From Mobula hypostoma (taxonomy: Eukaryota): a DNA stretch of 64,000 bases. The notes under the pieces are model-generated. The model saw only the letters and a program-made list of their open reading frames with translations. It searched no databases and was not told where the DNA came from. The stretch lies in contig NC_086097.1 in assembly GCF_963921235.1 (NCBI RefSeq), forward strand, positions 131,194,001-131,258,000. Direction: 5' to 3'. Shown one piece after another: positions 1 through 13,711 of the stretch. Numbering within the stretch: the first letter of the stretch is position 1; each line of letters begins with the position of its first letter. A program made the translations under genes and the position numbers.

Positions 1-1214
1 AGACCTACAACAATTTTCAAGAGAACCTTCAGAAACAAAATAAAGTTACTCCACTCGACTTGATTTTGTTTCACTTCCAGGTCTGCATTTTGTTCCTTCT
101 GTCATGCAACACAACAAAATTTTGACTCACAAAGGACGGGATGGTATTATCATCTTGCTCTAGGAAAAAACATCTAATCAATCAGAATAATCCATTGGTA
201 CATAACCAAAGATGTGCTCTGTTCCATGAGATGAGAACATGTTGGTAACGGCTATCACTAATGCATCTCTGATCTCATAGCCGACAGTGACAACAGGAAG
301 AACAGGCACATCCATAACAGCGGTTGCCACTGGTGACCTAGCAGTATCTCAGAGCAGGGAGCTACCGCCAACACTTGAAGTGGACCAATGCATGTGATGT
401 GGATTTTCACAGTACTTTAGTCAGGCTCTACAGCAACCATTCTGGATGTGCATTTACAATTTGATGCCACCAAACGAAGATGAGGGTTCCAGTTGAAGAA
501 AGTTCTGAATTAGGAAGTCTAATGGAATTTAAACAAGACTCCCTTCTCTAACTTGAAGTAAATAGTGGAATCTAGATAAGGAGAGTATAGGTGGATGGAG
601 AGGGTAAAGTTTCTTCATGAGCTCTTCTCTTATTCGTTAAAAGCTCCACAAACTGTGCAAAATATAAGCGACTCTAAAAGCATGGGGCAGAAAACTTGTG
701 CTCCAGTGTACAAATGCCCCTGTCTACGGTCACTATAAAATATGGAGCAAAGCCAGATTCATACTGACATGTGAATTGAAAGAATGCCTAATACCTTAGC
801 ATCGGTTTCATAAGGAAACAATGGGTAAAGGACGATAAAAGTAGAGCCTGCCAGATCCATAGTAACTTACCCATGAGCTGCCACATGTGAAAGTTATTTT
901 GTCAGAGGAGAAAATAACAATAAAAGATTTCATGTTGATACCTACTTTAGGGGACAAATAAAATGTTCAATTTCTAACCAATTCAACAATATAGGACTCT
1001 GTTAATTTCAGTTTCCTTCCTTTAACACACCTATTAACACATTTGCATAAATTCCTGTCTATGCCATTTTAATGTGGACTCCAAGCCATTGAGAATCATT
1101 GAACTGTATTAAAAGTGCTCAGAGATTTTTTTTTAAAGAAAATGCTAAATAAAAGGCTGGAATAAATCTGCAAGGGTTCTTGTGTTTAAATAAAAAAATA
1201 ACGTGGTGTACTGT

Positions 1215-2730
1215 ACATTTTAAATGATTTGAAATTTATTGGCACCAGGCACATACTTAGTCCTCAGACTGCATGCCTTTATTAGTGTGTTGAGTTGGGC
1301 TACTAATTAGTATGTACCAATTAATCAACTAAACATTAACAATTAAATGGAAGTAAGAGGCACTGCAGTTAGTTTGGGAGAGGAGGGGTGGGAAACAGTT
1401 TTTTCATGAGGTCTGTTAAAGCATTGTTTCAGTACAGAAATGTTAAAATTAAATGAAGAAAATAATGTTTCTTGTGCTGAGATGCTCTATTTCAAAAACA
1501 GACAAAAAAATCCCACCTCTACGATTTCAAGAACAAATAAGGCATGTTTGCTCAAAAATACTGTAAATCTGGTGTATATGTCTACTTGTGAGTACTCTTC
1601 AAAGAGTGTATGTGTAAAAGTGACTTGTACACTGGTGCAAATTATACACTGGATTTTATGATAATTGAAGTTGGAAGTGAATGTATCTAGAGCAAGTCAC
1701 ATGCTAAAGTTTTAAAATGTCATTTAATGGAGATTTCACTTCCTCACACAAAATTTTATCCTCTTTTATCTGAAATACATCTCTGACTTAAAAGGGCTAG
1801 ATAGCAGCTTCAAAAACATTTAAATTTCTCATTCCCAAACCCCCACTCCCCAAAATGCAGTTATAATAGCAATTGCTTGCATTGGAAAAAAAAATAAAAA
1901 TGACACATCTGCAACCTTATATTCTTCCTAAAGATGAGAAGAGAGACTTCCAGACTTTACTGGAGTATCTGGGTTCAATTTAAATTAATGTGGCTGTTAC
2001 AAAGCTGTCAGTAACAGACTCTATTTTTTCTGTCTGAGAAACATGTAGTTGTTTGTATATACTTTGCATATATTTATGCAAATGACAAATAAATTTACTG
2101 TGGGACTGAATATTATTTCTGACCCGCATATTCTTGACATCATAAATAGTACAGATGAGCACACTTTTCATAGAACACATCTGGGGACACAAAAATCACT
2201 TTTGTTTTAAAACAGAGCAGGATATCTTCAAAGAAAAAAAATATATTTTCAAGTTTCTACTTCATGTGAACACAATTAGCACACTTGTCCATCCATACTC
2301 CAGTCAGCTTATGCTTTCCAGGCCCTTTATCGATTCACTATGAGTACCGTTGACAAGGAACTAAGTTAGAGCCCTGGCCCAACCAAGTTTCCAATCCACA
2401 GTTTGTCCATTCATTGTAACCAAGGGCCTATTAATTTTCTGAATGTACAATTTTTCTAAAAATTTTGAAGTACTTTTCTGTAAAATTTACTATTGAAACA
2501 AGTAGTACCATGCAAATCTTGCAAGACAACTCAAACCATAACCAGAATTTGAAACTTTTGTGATTCTGGCTATAGTAAAGGAGCAAGAAAAACACAACAA
2601 CTGAGTATTTGGAGTTGAAGTCATTTCTTAACAACTATTGAAGGTATGCTCCAAAAACTGTACACAATATAGTACAAGATTCCAAAGGTAAAATGGTCCA
2701 TTTGTTACTTGCGTTTGAGAGTGCCATGTT
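1215..2730 (-). other. SALL3: Probable SALL3 3'UTR (~1.5 kb)
   Basis: AT-rich, TE-free sequence running from the stop codon to two minus-strand AATAAA hexamers, followed by a U-rich tract. The end position is inferred. Confidence 0.6.
1235..1283 (-). terminator. Tandem polyadenylation signals (AATAAA at 1278-1283 and 1235-1240)
   Basis: The plus strand has tttatt twice. Downstream on the minus strand is a U-rich element (gttattttttt) near 1190-1205. Confidence 0.6.
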
Positions 2731-3162
2731 TTAGTTAATGCCAATTTCTTTGCCATCTTCAATAAATCTAGCAAATGGGCGACTTGCACCTCCTTCTGTG
2801 CTTTGTTTCTCCAGACTAGCAACAGGTGGGCTGCTCCCCGTACGAACCCTGTCCATTCCGCTGGCCACACTAGTTAAAGCTGGGATACCGCTGGCACCCA
2901 GGCTAACAGGGAGCTGAGGGATGCCTCCATTCTGTATAACAGAAATCTCGTTATTTTTCATGGCTAGACCATTTGTGATGGCAGCAGCGTATTGGTTCCA
3001 GAATGTTGCGTCAACATTCATTGCCCGAGCTGCCAAGTCCTTTTGAAACATCTCTGAGAACTTCACAGCATCACCGCCTAGCAACGCCATTGGATTCTCT
3101 ACTGACAAACGACGTCCTCGTCTTGCTGGAGAGTTATTCCACATATGGGTTCCCATGTGAAC
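2731..3162 (-). CDS. SALL3: SALL3 coding exon 3 ([10 protein letters not shown]...GKEIGIN*)
   Basis: The acceptor ttctcgttag|GTT CAC ATG is phase 0 and completes the last finger GNLK|VHMGTH. ORF 2731..3156 has the conserved SALL C-terminus ([38 protein letters not shown]). Confidence 0.97.
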   Translation of the reverse strand, partial: VHMGTHMWNNSPARRGRRLSVENPMALLGGDAVKFSEMFQKDLAARAMNVDATFWNQYAAAITNGLAMKNNEISVIQNGGIPQLPVSLGASGIPALTSVASGMDRVRTGSSPPVASLEKQSTEGGASRPFARFIEDGKEIGIN

Positions 3163-3756
3163 CTAACGAGAAACATAAAATAGTAACAAAAAGAAAATGT
3201 GCTATTAAATAGAATACACTTGTCAAACAGGATACACTTTTGATATGCAGTCACCCCATTATTATGTCCATCTGCACAGATTCTTTTAACATTTCGTTGA
3301 ACAGGAGTAGTTGATAATATTGATAGGCAGCAAATGCAATTCTGAAATAGAACCATATGTTGCAGGAAATGCAGAACAGGGCTGAGAAAAAGGGACAGGT
3401 TTATAATTTGGATGCGATCTTTACCAAAACCGTAATTATAACTTCTCTATCACAGACAAATCAACCTGTTCAACATTTCTTGCAGCTTGCCTGATCATTT
3501 CAGATTCGGGGTTTTCATTACCTTTTGCTTTGGTTGTAATGCCTCACATTATTTCTGCTGATCATAATAATTACAATTGCATCAAGCTGAACATTTAAAA
3601 TACAATTAAAGTTCACTCCACTTAGCCGAAAGTTTATACTTCAAGGCCTGAATACAAAATTCCATCAAGCAAAATTTTCACTCTGCTTTGCAACTTATGC
3701 TGTTTCAATGTCAATTATTGATCAAGTTCAGAAGAACTTGAATTCATGTGAATTCA

Positions 3757-4075
3757 GAACATATAACAGCACAGCACAGAGGAACAGGTCCTTTGGCCCA
3801 TGAAGTGCTCAACTAATTAAACAATTAAATGTCCAGCTAAACTACTAACTTCTGCCTTTACAATATCCTTTTCCTTCTATTCTCTGCATATCTATGTGCC
3901 TCTCTAACAGACTCTAAATGCCTCCATCATATTTACCTCCACAATCATCCTTGCTGTGCATTCTAGGCACCCTTTACTCTCTGTGTAAAAAAACTTGTCC
4001 CACACATCTCCTTTGAATTTAACCACTCTCATTTTGAAGGCATGTCCTCCAGTATTAGAAAGCCTTGAAAAGAAT
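3757..4075 (-). mobile_element. CR1-clade LINE 3' fragment
   Basis: ORF 3904..4092 (SNTGGHAFKMRVVKFKGDVWDKFF) resembles the CR1 ORF2 C-terminus, and a CR1-type 3' tail follows. Confidence 0.75.
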
Positions 4076-4084
4076 TCTAAAGTG

Positions 4085-4600
4085 CTGTGCATGTGTGGGG
4101 TGAGGTAATCAAAAATAATGATTCAGAGAAAAGAACGTACCAGGAAAAGTAACCAAAAGGCCTTTTCTGTGGCTGCACCAAGTTTATCTGGAGTATGAGA
4201 GATTGCAGCCCCTGTTTGAGTACTTGAAGGGTCTGCCCCTTAAGTTTTGGTTGCACTTCACCCCCACTCCTCTGAAATATGGTCACACGGGGTGGGGAAT
4301 TGAGTCGCTCAAGGGATCTAATGGTGAGATTACTCCTGGACTTGGCCAAGATGGTTCAGACAGTGAACATTCGAGGGCTCTGCCTGAACCAACTGTCTCT
4401 CCCTCTTCTGGGGTTATGTCCATGCCTGGGTATCCTTAGAGAGCGAGCATGCAGTCACTATGGGTAGAGTGGGGGATTTCTGGGAATGGTGAGGCACCTA
4501 AGGAATTAAGTGTTTTATAGATATTTTAATTTGAAATTGTTAACAGTCCTGATGTTTGTATTTTGTGAGTGAATAAACTTTTGTAGTTTTGTAAAAAAAA
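4085..4600 (+). mobile_element. Tx1/L1-clade LINE 3' fragment
   Basis: Frameshifted peptides LQPLFEYLKGLPLKFWLHFTPT and DLMVRLLLDLAK resemble the Tx1 ORF2 C-terminus. They are followed by AATAAA and an A-tail at about 4593-4600. Confidence 0.65.
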
Positions 4601-5899
4601 GAGAATTAAAATAATTATTTCAATCCTTTCACAGCTTTGTTCTATGTAATTCTGACTCATTCATTGGTGTGCTGTCTGTTGACCGATGTGGAGCCAAATG
4701 CCATCAATACAGATGGACAGAACATTATCTCTCACCAGGAAAAAGGGTATTATTACAGATTTTCAATTGCCACTCGAACAGAAATCTCACATAGCCACCT
4801 GCCTGCCTTTTACAGAAACTGCTTAGTTCATGTTTCCAAGTGGAAGCAAAAAACATTTTTTCTTTTAAAAAAAGCCCATAGTTAGCTTTCATAATGATGG
4901 CCAATTGCCAAACCAGTCTTAATCCCAGACTGTAAGCTATAAATCTATTCTAGCATGGAGGTGAGGAGGAACAGAATGATTAGTAGTAGATGCTTGTACA
5001 ATCCAGGAGGCTGGAGTGTGGGGTTGGAACAAAACTCAGTTGCCGGAACAATCTGGAAGGTAACATTAAATTATGTCAGCCCTACAATTTGCATCAAGTA
5101 GACAAAAAGCACCACGAGCAGTACACTATGTTTCTTTCTATACAACCAACTTTGCATTGACAACTGGAAAATCTCATTATTGCTTTCAAATACTTCTATG
5201 GCTTTGCTGCTCTGTGCCTCATTGACAACCTCCACTCTACAAGCCTCTGAACCATTCCATTCAATCAGTTTTGGACGTTTGCTGGCCATGCTTTATCACT
5301 GGCTACAAATTGTGAACTTGAAGTGAGAAGCCCCAACCGGCCCAGCACTGCTTCAGAATCAAGAGGAATTTTATCGAATCATAGAATTATTATGGAGCTG
5401 AAGGAGTTTGTTGAGTTCGCTGGGTCTGTACAACTCTGTCTCAAACAATCAGATCAGTTATTTTCTCCCAAGCCTGCAAATGATTTCCTCTTGAATCAGT
5501 TCCTGTTTCAACATATCCCTCAAAGGCACTGAAAATGTGGATTTTGACCATTCTTTGTGTATAATAATTTCTGGGGATTATGTGATAAAATACTATGTTG
5601 AGATGGCTAGTGGGGCTATAAGTTTTCCATCCCCTACCACCTCAACCTCCCCTTGTGAGAGCTCATTGTCCTTCTTTAAAATGACACATCAACACATTTC
5701 TGGTCACCATACTCTCTCCTTTCATGGCTCATTGGGTTTGCTAACAGTAAAATCTGTCCGTTAAAAATTGGTGTAAAGAGGTCGGTGAGACTTAAAACAA
5801 TTATTTTAATCCTCCTAAGATTGTTCAATGTTACTGTAGCTCATTCCAATGGTGTCACCACACCAATATGAAAGTAGAGCCAAATGCCAGAAGATATAG

Positions 5900-6135
5900 A
5901 TGAATGGAACACAGGCACAAAAAAGTAAAGGACTATTATGGCAGTGCTAGTGGAGGTAAATACGTTAGAAGTGTTTAAGAGCCTCTTAGATAGGCACATG
6001 AATGTGCAGATAATTCAGGGATAAGGACAATGTGTGGGGAGAAGTGATTAGTATAGTTAGGCATTTAATTACTAGTTCAACTATTTTGGCACAAAAACTG
6101 AGCCAAAGGGTCTGTTTTGTGCTTCACTGCTGTAT
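5900..6135 (+). mobile_element. CR1-clade LINE 3' end remnant
   Basis: Contains gtgtttaagagcctcttagataggcacatgaatgtgcag...gagccaaagggtctgttttgtgct, the same tail as other CR1 copies in the window. Confidence 0.65.
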
Positions 6136-7054
6136 GTATCATTGCTGAGTGGATACCCGTTATAGAACATGCTTGATTTACATTTCCAAAAGGAAGTGAA
6201 ACATTCCTATCAGCCACGTCGGAATGTCACTACACAAATGTAGGCTGACGTGCACATCATGCGGTGACCTAATTTTGTATACATATGTGTCTTCCTGTCC
6301 AGCTTCTTCTCAAATTAGATGCTATGTTTTTACCCGGTACTTTCTCATGACGACGTTCAATCATATTAAGTAGAATTAAATTATTCTCGAGCTGCACTTT
6401 AACAGTTTGCGATGTTAAGGCCACAAAGTCTGCTTATGATTAAACAAACAAGACCAATGTGCCCTCAAGATGTTACTCCCATATGACTGAGGAGAGCTGC
6501 AATTTTGAATGCACTTTTTTAACTTTACTTTACAATCTGGGTGTTTTGCCTATTTAGGCAGGTACAGTGTGTCTTCTGAACTGTGTTGTCTGTTGAACTG
6601 CCATGCCAATTTAATAAATTCAGAACAGAGATAACAGAAGAAAAAAAAAGTCTGATTAAACACTCATTTCCTTCCAACCAGATTAAATAACTAATAACTT
6701 TTTATGACATCACCTCTCTTCTATGGATCAATCACTGCATCTTTGTACTAAAATGCTTTAAAATATATACTGTTATTAAATCACTGTTTAGATTTTGCTT
6801 AGTTCATTATTCATAGGGTTGGCTACAGAATTCCTGATGTGTTGAATTTGGCCTTAAAATTCAAATAGTCCCATCCCTCTCAGTTTATTGGAAACTAATT
6901 TCTACTCAAAGCAGGGTAACTGTTGGGATTTTCAACACACAGGTCCTTAGGCACCGATCTTCTTTCAAAGGAGGTTTGCTAGTTTTGGTTTGGTTGCCAA
7001 GAGCGAATGCAGAGTGGAAATGTCTTTCAGCATTATTGTACAATGTTAAACATA

Positions 7055-8665
7055 CAGTGCTTTGAAAAAGTATTCCACACAAATCCTTTGATCAAGTAAG
7101 TGTGTAGTACAACCAAGGATTTTGCTCAATTTAACTGAGAATTTTTACTTGTGAATCACATGCTCTGTTATTGACAGCAGAGCCCAAAAACAGGGAAAAC
7201 TGTAAAGCATAAAAAACTAAAAATTCTAAACTGAAATGTCAGCAGTTCAAAAGTATTTACCCCCCCCCCCCCGCCCCTTTGCTCAGTACTTAGTTGAACC
7301 ATCTCTCACAGCAGTCTTTTTGGATAAGTCTCTATTAGCTTTTCACACATGGTGGAGCAAGATTTGCCCATTCCTCCTTGCAAAACTGCACAAGCTGTGC
7401 CAGAGTAGTTGGGGTGTGGCAGTGGACAGCAGGCTTGAGGCCTTGTCAAAGATGTTCGATCAGGTTAAGGTCAGGACTCTGACTGGGCCACTCAAGAACA
7501 TCTTTGTTTGAAGCCATTCCACGGTTGTTCTGGCTGTGTGCTTCGGGTCATTGTCTTGCTGAAAGATGAGTTTCCTCCCCAGTTTAAGCTTTCTGGCTGA
7601 GGCTAGCAGGTTTTTATCCAGGACCTCTCTGTATTCACCAGCATTCATCTTCCCATCAACCCTGACCAGATTTCCAGTTCCTGCTACTGAAAAGCATCCC
7701 CACGGCCAGGATGCTATTTCCACCACACTTTACAGTAGAGATGGTGTTACCTGGTGGATACGCAGCATCAGATTTACACCACATGTACTGCTTACTGTTG
7801 AGACCAAAAAGTTCCACTTTAGTCTCATCCAAGCACAAGACCTTCTTCCACATCTTTATAACATCTTCTAAGTGAAGCTTTGCAAAGTCTTTACAGACAA
7901 GGACATGTTTTTTTAAAGCCAGCACTTCTTCTTTGCCACTCTTCTATAAATGTGCAAGGCCTTAGATTGTGGAGACATAAATTTCATCTCCAGTTGTAGC
8001 CATTGACATCTAAAGCTCTCTCAGAGTGACTGTGGACGTCATAGTAGCCTCTCTTTCAAGTGCCATTCTTCTCCAGTGACTAAGTTTAGGGATGTGGCCT
8101 GTCCTAGGCATTGTGGCTGTGGTTTCACATTTTTTCCACTTTTTTTACAATGGACTGCACTGAGCTCTGAAGCATGTTCAGTGCCTTTGAGCTGGTTTTG
8201 TATCCTTCCCCAGATCTATGTTTCTTTGTTATGATTTCCCTGACTTGTCTTGAATGGTCTTTTGTCTTCACTTTGGTTTGATCTGCTGAAAACCTTCCAT
8301 ACTGTTGGACCTTACAGAGAGATGGGGTATTTACAGTATTCTTATGAATTCATTGAAAATAAATGATCTGCCAACTTTCTACATCAACAAATTGAGTGAG
8401 TCGGTATGGTAATATATTGCTACTGAGGAAAGTTAGCATTGTAATTGCAAAGGGTATGAATATTTTTTCAGCCACACAATTTTGGTTTTTAATTTTTTTT
8501 AGCAAATTGTTGACAGGTTTTGGAATTTTCTTTTGATTTGAGATGATACACAATGTTCTGTAGATTAGGTCAAAAAAATCCCACTTCAATATATTTTAAA
8601 TTTAGAAAATAAGACAGTAAAATGTGAAAATAATTGTGTGGGCCAAATACTTTTACAAGGCAGTG
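7055..8665 (-). mobile_element. Near-full-length degenerate Tc1/mariner DNA transposon with IR/DR-type ends
   Basis: Ends read TA|cagtgctttgaaaaagtatt and aatacttttacaaggcagtg|TA. Inner repeats lie at about 7240-7260 and 8447-8473, and transposase remnants lie between. Confidence 0.92.
7283..8271 (-). pseudogene. Tc1 transposase pseudogene (frameshifts and stops)
   Basis: Motifs [46 protein letters not shown] and the terminal GSTKY* are spread over several frames. Confidence 0.9.
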
Positions 8666-9511
8666 TACAGTGACGCTGAAAATAGAGGTAAGGAGAGTGA
8701 GACACTCACCAAATTAATTGGCACAGTCTGAATCCAGAGGCTTTGTCGAGAACATGTTTCAAAGCATATCTGTTACCATATTTACATTCAGAAAAAGATG
8801 CATTCTTATCATGGCTTATTCTAGTCATCACAGATGTTTTGGAGAGCTAAAACTGACTTACTCAGTGTCTCATAACTTTGGAGGGAACTGGGTTTGTTCA
8901 TGCAAATGAATATGGAATAAACGTCTGGCGGAGCCATGTTGGCAGACATCCTGAGAAAGCTTCTGCCAATTAATTATTTTGACTGATGTTGGATTGGTAA
9001 ACAAGGCAGATGAAGGAGACATTTTGTGCCATGTGAGTTCCCACAAACTGTAGTGAGATGCGGTAAACCTGCTCTGACAGCCAAATTAAGAGGAATGCTA
9101 TCAAGGTTAGTCATAGTCATAGTAGTCATAGTCATACTTTATTGATCCCGGGGGAAATTGGTTACTGAAGGGACTAATCACTCTTGAAGTATTGCTCTAA
9201 GATTCTTAATATCTATTTTAACCGGGACAAGTCTTCAGTTTTAAAATTGCCCAATATGCAAAAACTATAAACAGTAAGAACTGATGGATCAGCTTTGACC
9301 AGTTGCAGAAATGTAGAATCAGTATCTCTTGTTCAGAAATGTATTCGTAGCATTATTTGTATCACATCGTAGCTGTAGGACACTGGTCTGCACTTCTGAA
9401 ATTCAGTTCAGTTGAAATAATTGGAAATGAATTTCAAATACAGAGCACAGCATGGTTATCACTAGAGTGTTAAGGAAGAATTTCTGAAGAAATAATATTT
9501 AAGTTTCAACA

Positions 9512-9856
9512 AGCACCCAGGGCATGCTCTTTTCTCACTGTTACCATCAGGTAGGAGGTTTCAGAAGCCTGAAGGCACACACTCAGCGATTCAGGAACAG
9601 CTTCTTCCCTTCTGCCATCCGATTCCTAAATGGACATTGACTCTTTGGACACCACCTCACTTTTTTTTAATATATAGTATTTCTGTTTTTGCACATGTTT
9701 TAATCTATTCAATATACATAATTTATTTACTTGTTTATTTATTATTATTTTTTTTTCTCTGCTAGATTATGTATTGCATTGAACTGCTGCTGCTAAGTTA
9801 ACAAATTTCACATCACATGCCGGTGACAATAAACCCGATTCTGGTTCTGATTCTGA
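9512..9856 (+). mobile_element. Rex1/Babar LINE 3' fragment
   Basis: Encodes an HPGHALFSLLPSGRR-type C-terminus and ends in an ataaacc(gattct)n tail. Confidence 0.8.
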
Positions 9857-10716
9857 CAAGGTAATCACAAGTACAAATACATATAAAGAACAAACAACAT
9901 TGGTCAAAGTACCTTTGCATTGAACCAGTCTGTGCAAAGCATTTTAACCTTTATATGTGTGTTAGATCAAACTTTTTAACTGTGTTCTCAGTGTGCATCA
10001 ACTGTAAAGTGTGAAGCAACAATTGTAACTTAAGCTTTAAGCTCACATAAGTGCCATGGATATCGGCAAATTTGGTTCTGTAAGTTAAATAGCAGTATCA
10101 GAATCTATGGAGCCAATGGTTATTCTTTTCAAAGGAGCACAACATATCAACAAAAAATTGCTTTGGATTATCGTGTGATGGAAGAGGAATCTTTCTTCAG
10201 GAAAACTGAAGCTCAGAGTGCAGGAGAAGAAACAAGAGTGGAATGAGGGAGGCCAACTCTGGGACTTCCATATGCCATTCCTATTCAGTGCTGATGGGGT
10301 GGATGTCAAATTATGGGAGGACTCGCTACAATCTACTATAATTAGTTGGACTGACAGCACTAAATCTCCAGGTTTTCCAATGAAACGTAGTAATCTATTA
10401 CAATTTATTATTTTGATTTATTTACACTCACTTATGACTTACATTAGCAGAAGGAGAGCTTAAATTATAGACAGTTATCTGTGAGGATATAGAATCGCAG
10501 ATATAAAATGTATTTGGTTGTCTGTGGTAAGTGTTTGTGGGAGTACCAGCAACCCTTATCTACCTGGTGTTGGCCCATTTACGTCACTCCCACTTTAACG
10601 CTAATGTCAATCAAGTGAATGGAAGTAAAGCAAAATAAACAAAATGCATCATAGGTTATTTTGTCACTTTCATCACCAAACCCGAAAATTGAATACCACC
10701 TGTCTAATTAATTATA

Positions 10717-10870
10717 GGATCAGAAAATATTGGAATCACTCAACAGGTCAGGCAGCATCTGTGGAAACAGAAACAAATTAATATTTCAAGTTGAAGACAC
10801 TTCATCAAACAGAGTCCTGCTGCCTGACCTGCTGAGTTTTTCTGTTTTCATTTCAGATCTGCAGTTTTTA
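10717..10870. mobile_element. Penelope-like terminal-repeat remnant in inverted arrangement
   Basis: ctcaacaggtcaggcagca (10739-10757) and tgctgcctgacctgctgag (10818-10836) are near-perfect reverse complements. It belongs to the same family as the copies at 36.3, 40.4 and 49.7 kb. Confidence 0.65.
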
Positions 10871-13711
10871 AAAAAAATTTCAGTAACTGCAGGATAAGTC
10901 AAATGAAGGGAGACCTCTTACCACTTGATTACTATGCCTAACCTATCTAATTATGATTACCAAGAAGGGACAAACATAGGAACCGTTGGGGTGCAGGGTA
11001 TAAAGACATGTATATTGGCTATGGAACCTAAGTGTTATTCCTTCATTTCAATGATATTGCTGAACACTTTGACAATATACAGTCTTTCCTAACAGTTAAT
11101 AATTTCAGGCACAGTGAAATATAAGCCATGAGCTCCATCTTTAGAGAAAGTGCTCTTTCATGAGCTTTGTCCCATTTTTCACATTCCTTATATTCACATA
11201 AATAAGGGACTCCATCAAGTCCAGAAATGGTAAAGAAAACTACTTGAATGAAATTATTTCCCATCTATCTTTAATATTGTGCAGTTAAAATTATGAGCCT
11301 CTATTTAAGTTTCTTATTAAGAATTTGAATTTTTTTTCTATTTTAATAATATGACTGAAAATCAGATTATGAGAAAGCTACTATTATATGTAATGATTGA
11401 GGGCCAATTACTGATGAGAAAACTTAATTCACTGATCAAGTTGATTAACAGCAACTTTTATCCTGGCTCAAGAAATTACGCAATCTTAATGTTTTTGCAA
11501 ATATTAACAATGTGAACGGAAGAGGCTTCATGCTTAGTTGAGGATTCTATGTCTAAACATCCCAACAGTATGCTAACATGAGATCAGGAACTGATGCGGT
11601 TTCCCTATGCTCATCCATCTTAGAGACAATGCAGCAGCACAGCGTTAACAAACAAGCTATGCTCTGCAATTCTTGCAATTCTAATCTTATTAGTCCAGAG
11701 CATCCCAATAAAAAGGTGCACAGTTCCAAGTGTATCAATCATAATGGGAGCTCCCCTTTCTTTCTCAAGGCTCTTTGGTTTCAACTGGACTAACAACAGA
11801 CGGGAAATGGAAATGTGTCGTCAGTCACTTCTATTTGACGTTGTACTCCATTTCTGAAATATGGCTCTAAACATTTCAATGGAGTCATCAATCATTTAGT
11901 ATAAGCATAAAATTCTAACCCTTGTCATCTTTGCATCATGAAATAGTAGCTGAGATGGGCAGATGGTTGCCCTCCTTTATTCCCACCCGTCATTGGCCAG
12001 CATCTAAACTCCCTTTAGTAATTATGTAAGTTGGAGTGGGGAGCTACGCAATACATAATGTATCTTTAACATTACACCCTGGCAGTCTGGTTCAAAAGCA
12101 AACTTTAACATTTGCAAGTAAACCACATATGCAAATTTGTTGCAAGCTAGATCTGCATAGCTTTAACTGTCACAGATGAATGTTCAAGAATTAACACCAG
12201 CTGGTTTATACCTACAATCCCTCCAAATGAAACCGGTCTAAAGCAAAGAATTGTCACGAGGCAGGATGCTGAAACATCACAGTTTAAAGTACTGTATTTT
12301 GATTACATCTGAGGAGAAAAGGAATGTTCTTTGAGTACACCCCATCGGCATTCATTTACAACGCACAGATTTATTTCTAATTTAATAAAATAGACACCAG
12401 TTTAAAAAGACAATGATGTAAAATTGGTTGCTGCTTGGCTGTGTTCAAGGAGCTATATCACAGAAATAGCCTATCGTACTCTGCTTCCAAAATTCAGTTC
12501 ACTTCATTGCAATGAACTACAGAGCAGGAGTACAACTTGCTGAAGCTGCTTTAGCACAACCAACTGACAATGAATTCCCAAACGTGTGTGTTTTATTGTA
12601 AAAGTGACAATCAATGCAGCATTTTGAATTTGATTTGCACTATTATTCATCTTAGAAGATAATGTGGACTGACCTGTTGAATATTTCCCCCATTTTCTGT
12701 TTTTAATGCAGATTTCTAGCATCTGCCATTTTAAAAATGTCATTGCCAGTATTACCACTACATGGCAATTTTCAGACAGTGGTTAGAATTTCAAGAATTC
12801 TTTACGGTAACTGGACACAGATAGGCACAGATAGTCTTAATGGAAGGACATTTTGTTTCTTTCGTATTAAATGCCAGCCTTCAATTATATATTTAGTTGT
12901 TTTAGTTAATTAAAAGTTCATATGACTATATTTTAAGAACGTATGCAACTTGAAATCCTGAATTTCTGGAAGAGCATTTGTTATATTAGGAATCCTCAAA
13001 TTAAAGAAATGAACTGCAGTATAACAGTTTCCTTTTTTTTAAGTGACAAAACAAGCCTTTCTTGGATATCTTTATCTTTGTTGGGAGAATATACCACTTT
13101 TGTAAAGCTTGGTTTAAGCTAAAACTCCTCCAATCATTTTGCTGCATTCTAAAAACAAGAGACTTTTATAACTATGTTGAAAGCAAAGTATATTAAGGGG
13201 GATAATCCATTCCATTTGTTGATTTTACAGTGAGATATTTCCTACAAGGAAATTCTGTTCACATAAATGTCAGTGACAAATCCACTGACAAAGGCAGATG
13301 GTATGATGTGTGGATTAAATAAGTGAAGTTTGAAAAATTGAAAGGGTTTTCAATAGTCAATGCCCAAACTTGTTTTTTGCAATACTTAGAAACTTTTGCA
13401 ATTCAACTGTAAATAAAATTATGAAAATATATTGTTTTACCTATTTAAATCTTTCTCTCCAGTACCAAATGTTCTTTAGCACATTTCTCTCCAGTACCAA
13501 ATGTTTAGTATTATTCAATAAAATAATGATCATATTTTGTTAGTTTTTTAAATTATTTGATAATGATCTGGGAATCTGTTCCCTATTAAGATCAGTTAGG
13601 GCAGTGTGTGTGTTAGTGCGTGAGTGTGTGAAAATATCGTGTGTGTTTACATCTCTGTATAAGTTTATGTGTGCCTAAGACTAAAACCTCAAAGTGAAGT
13701 CAAATGATATA

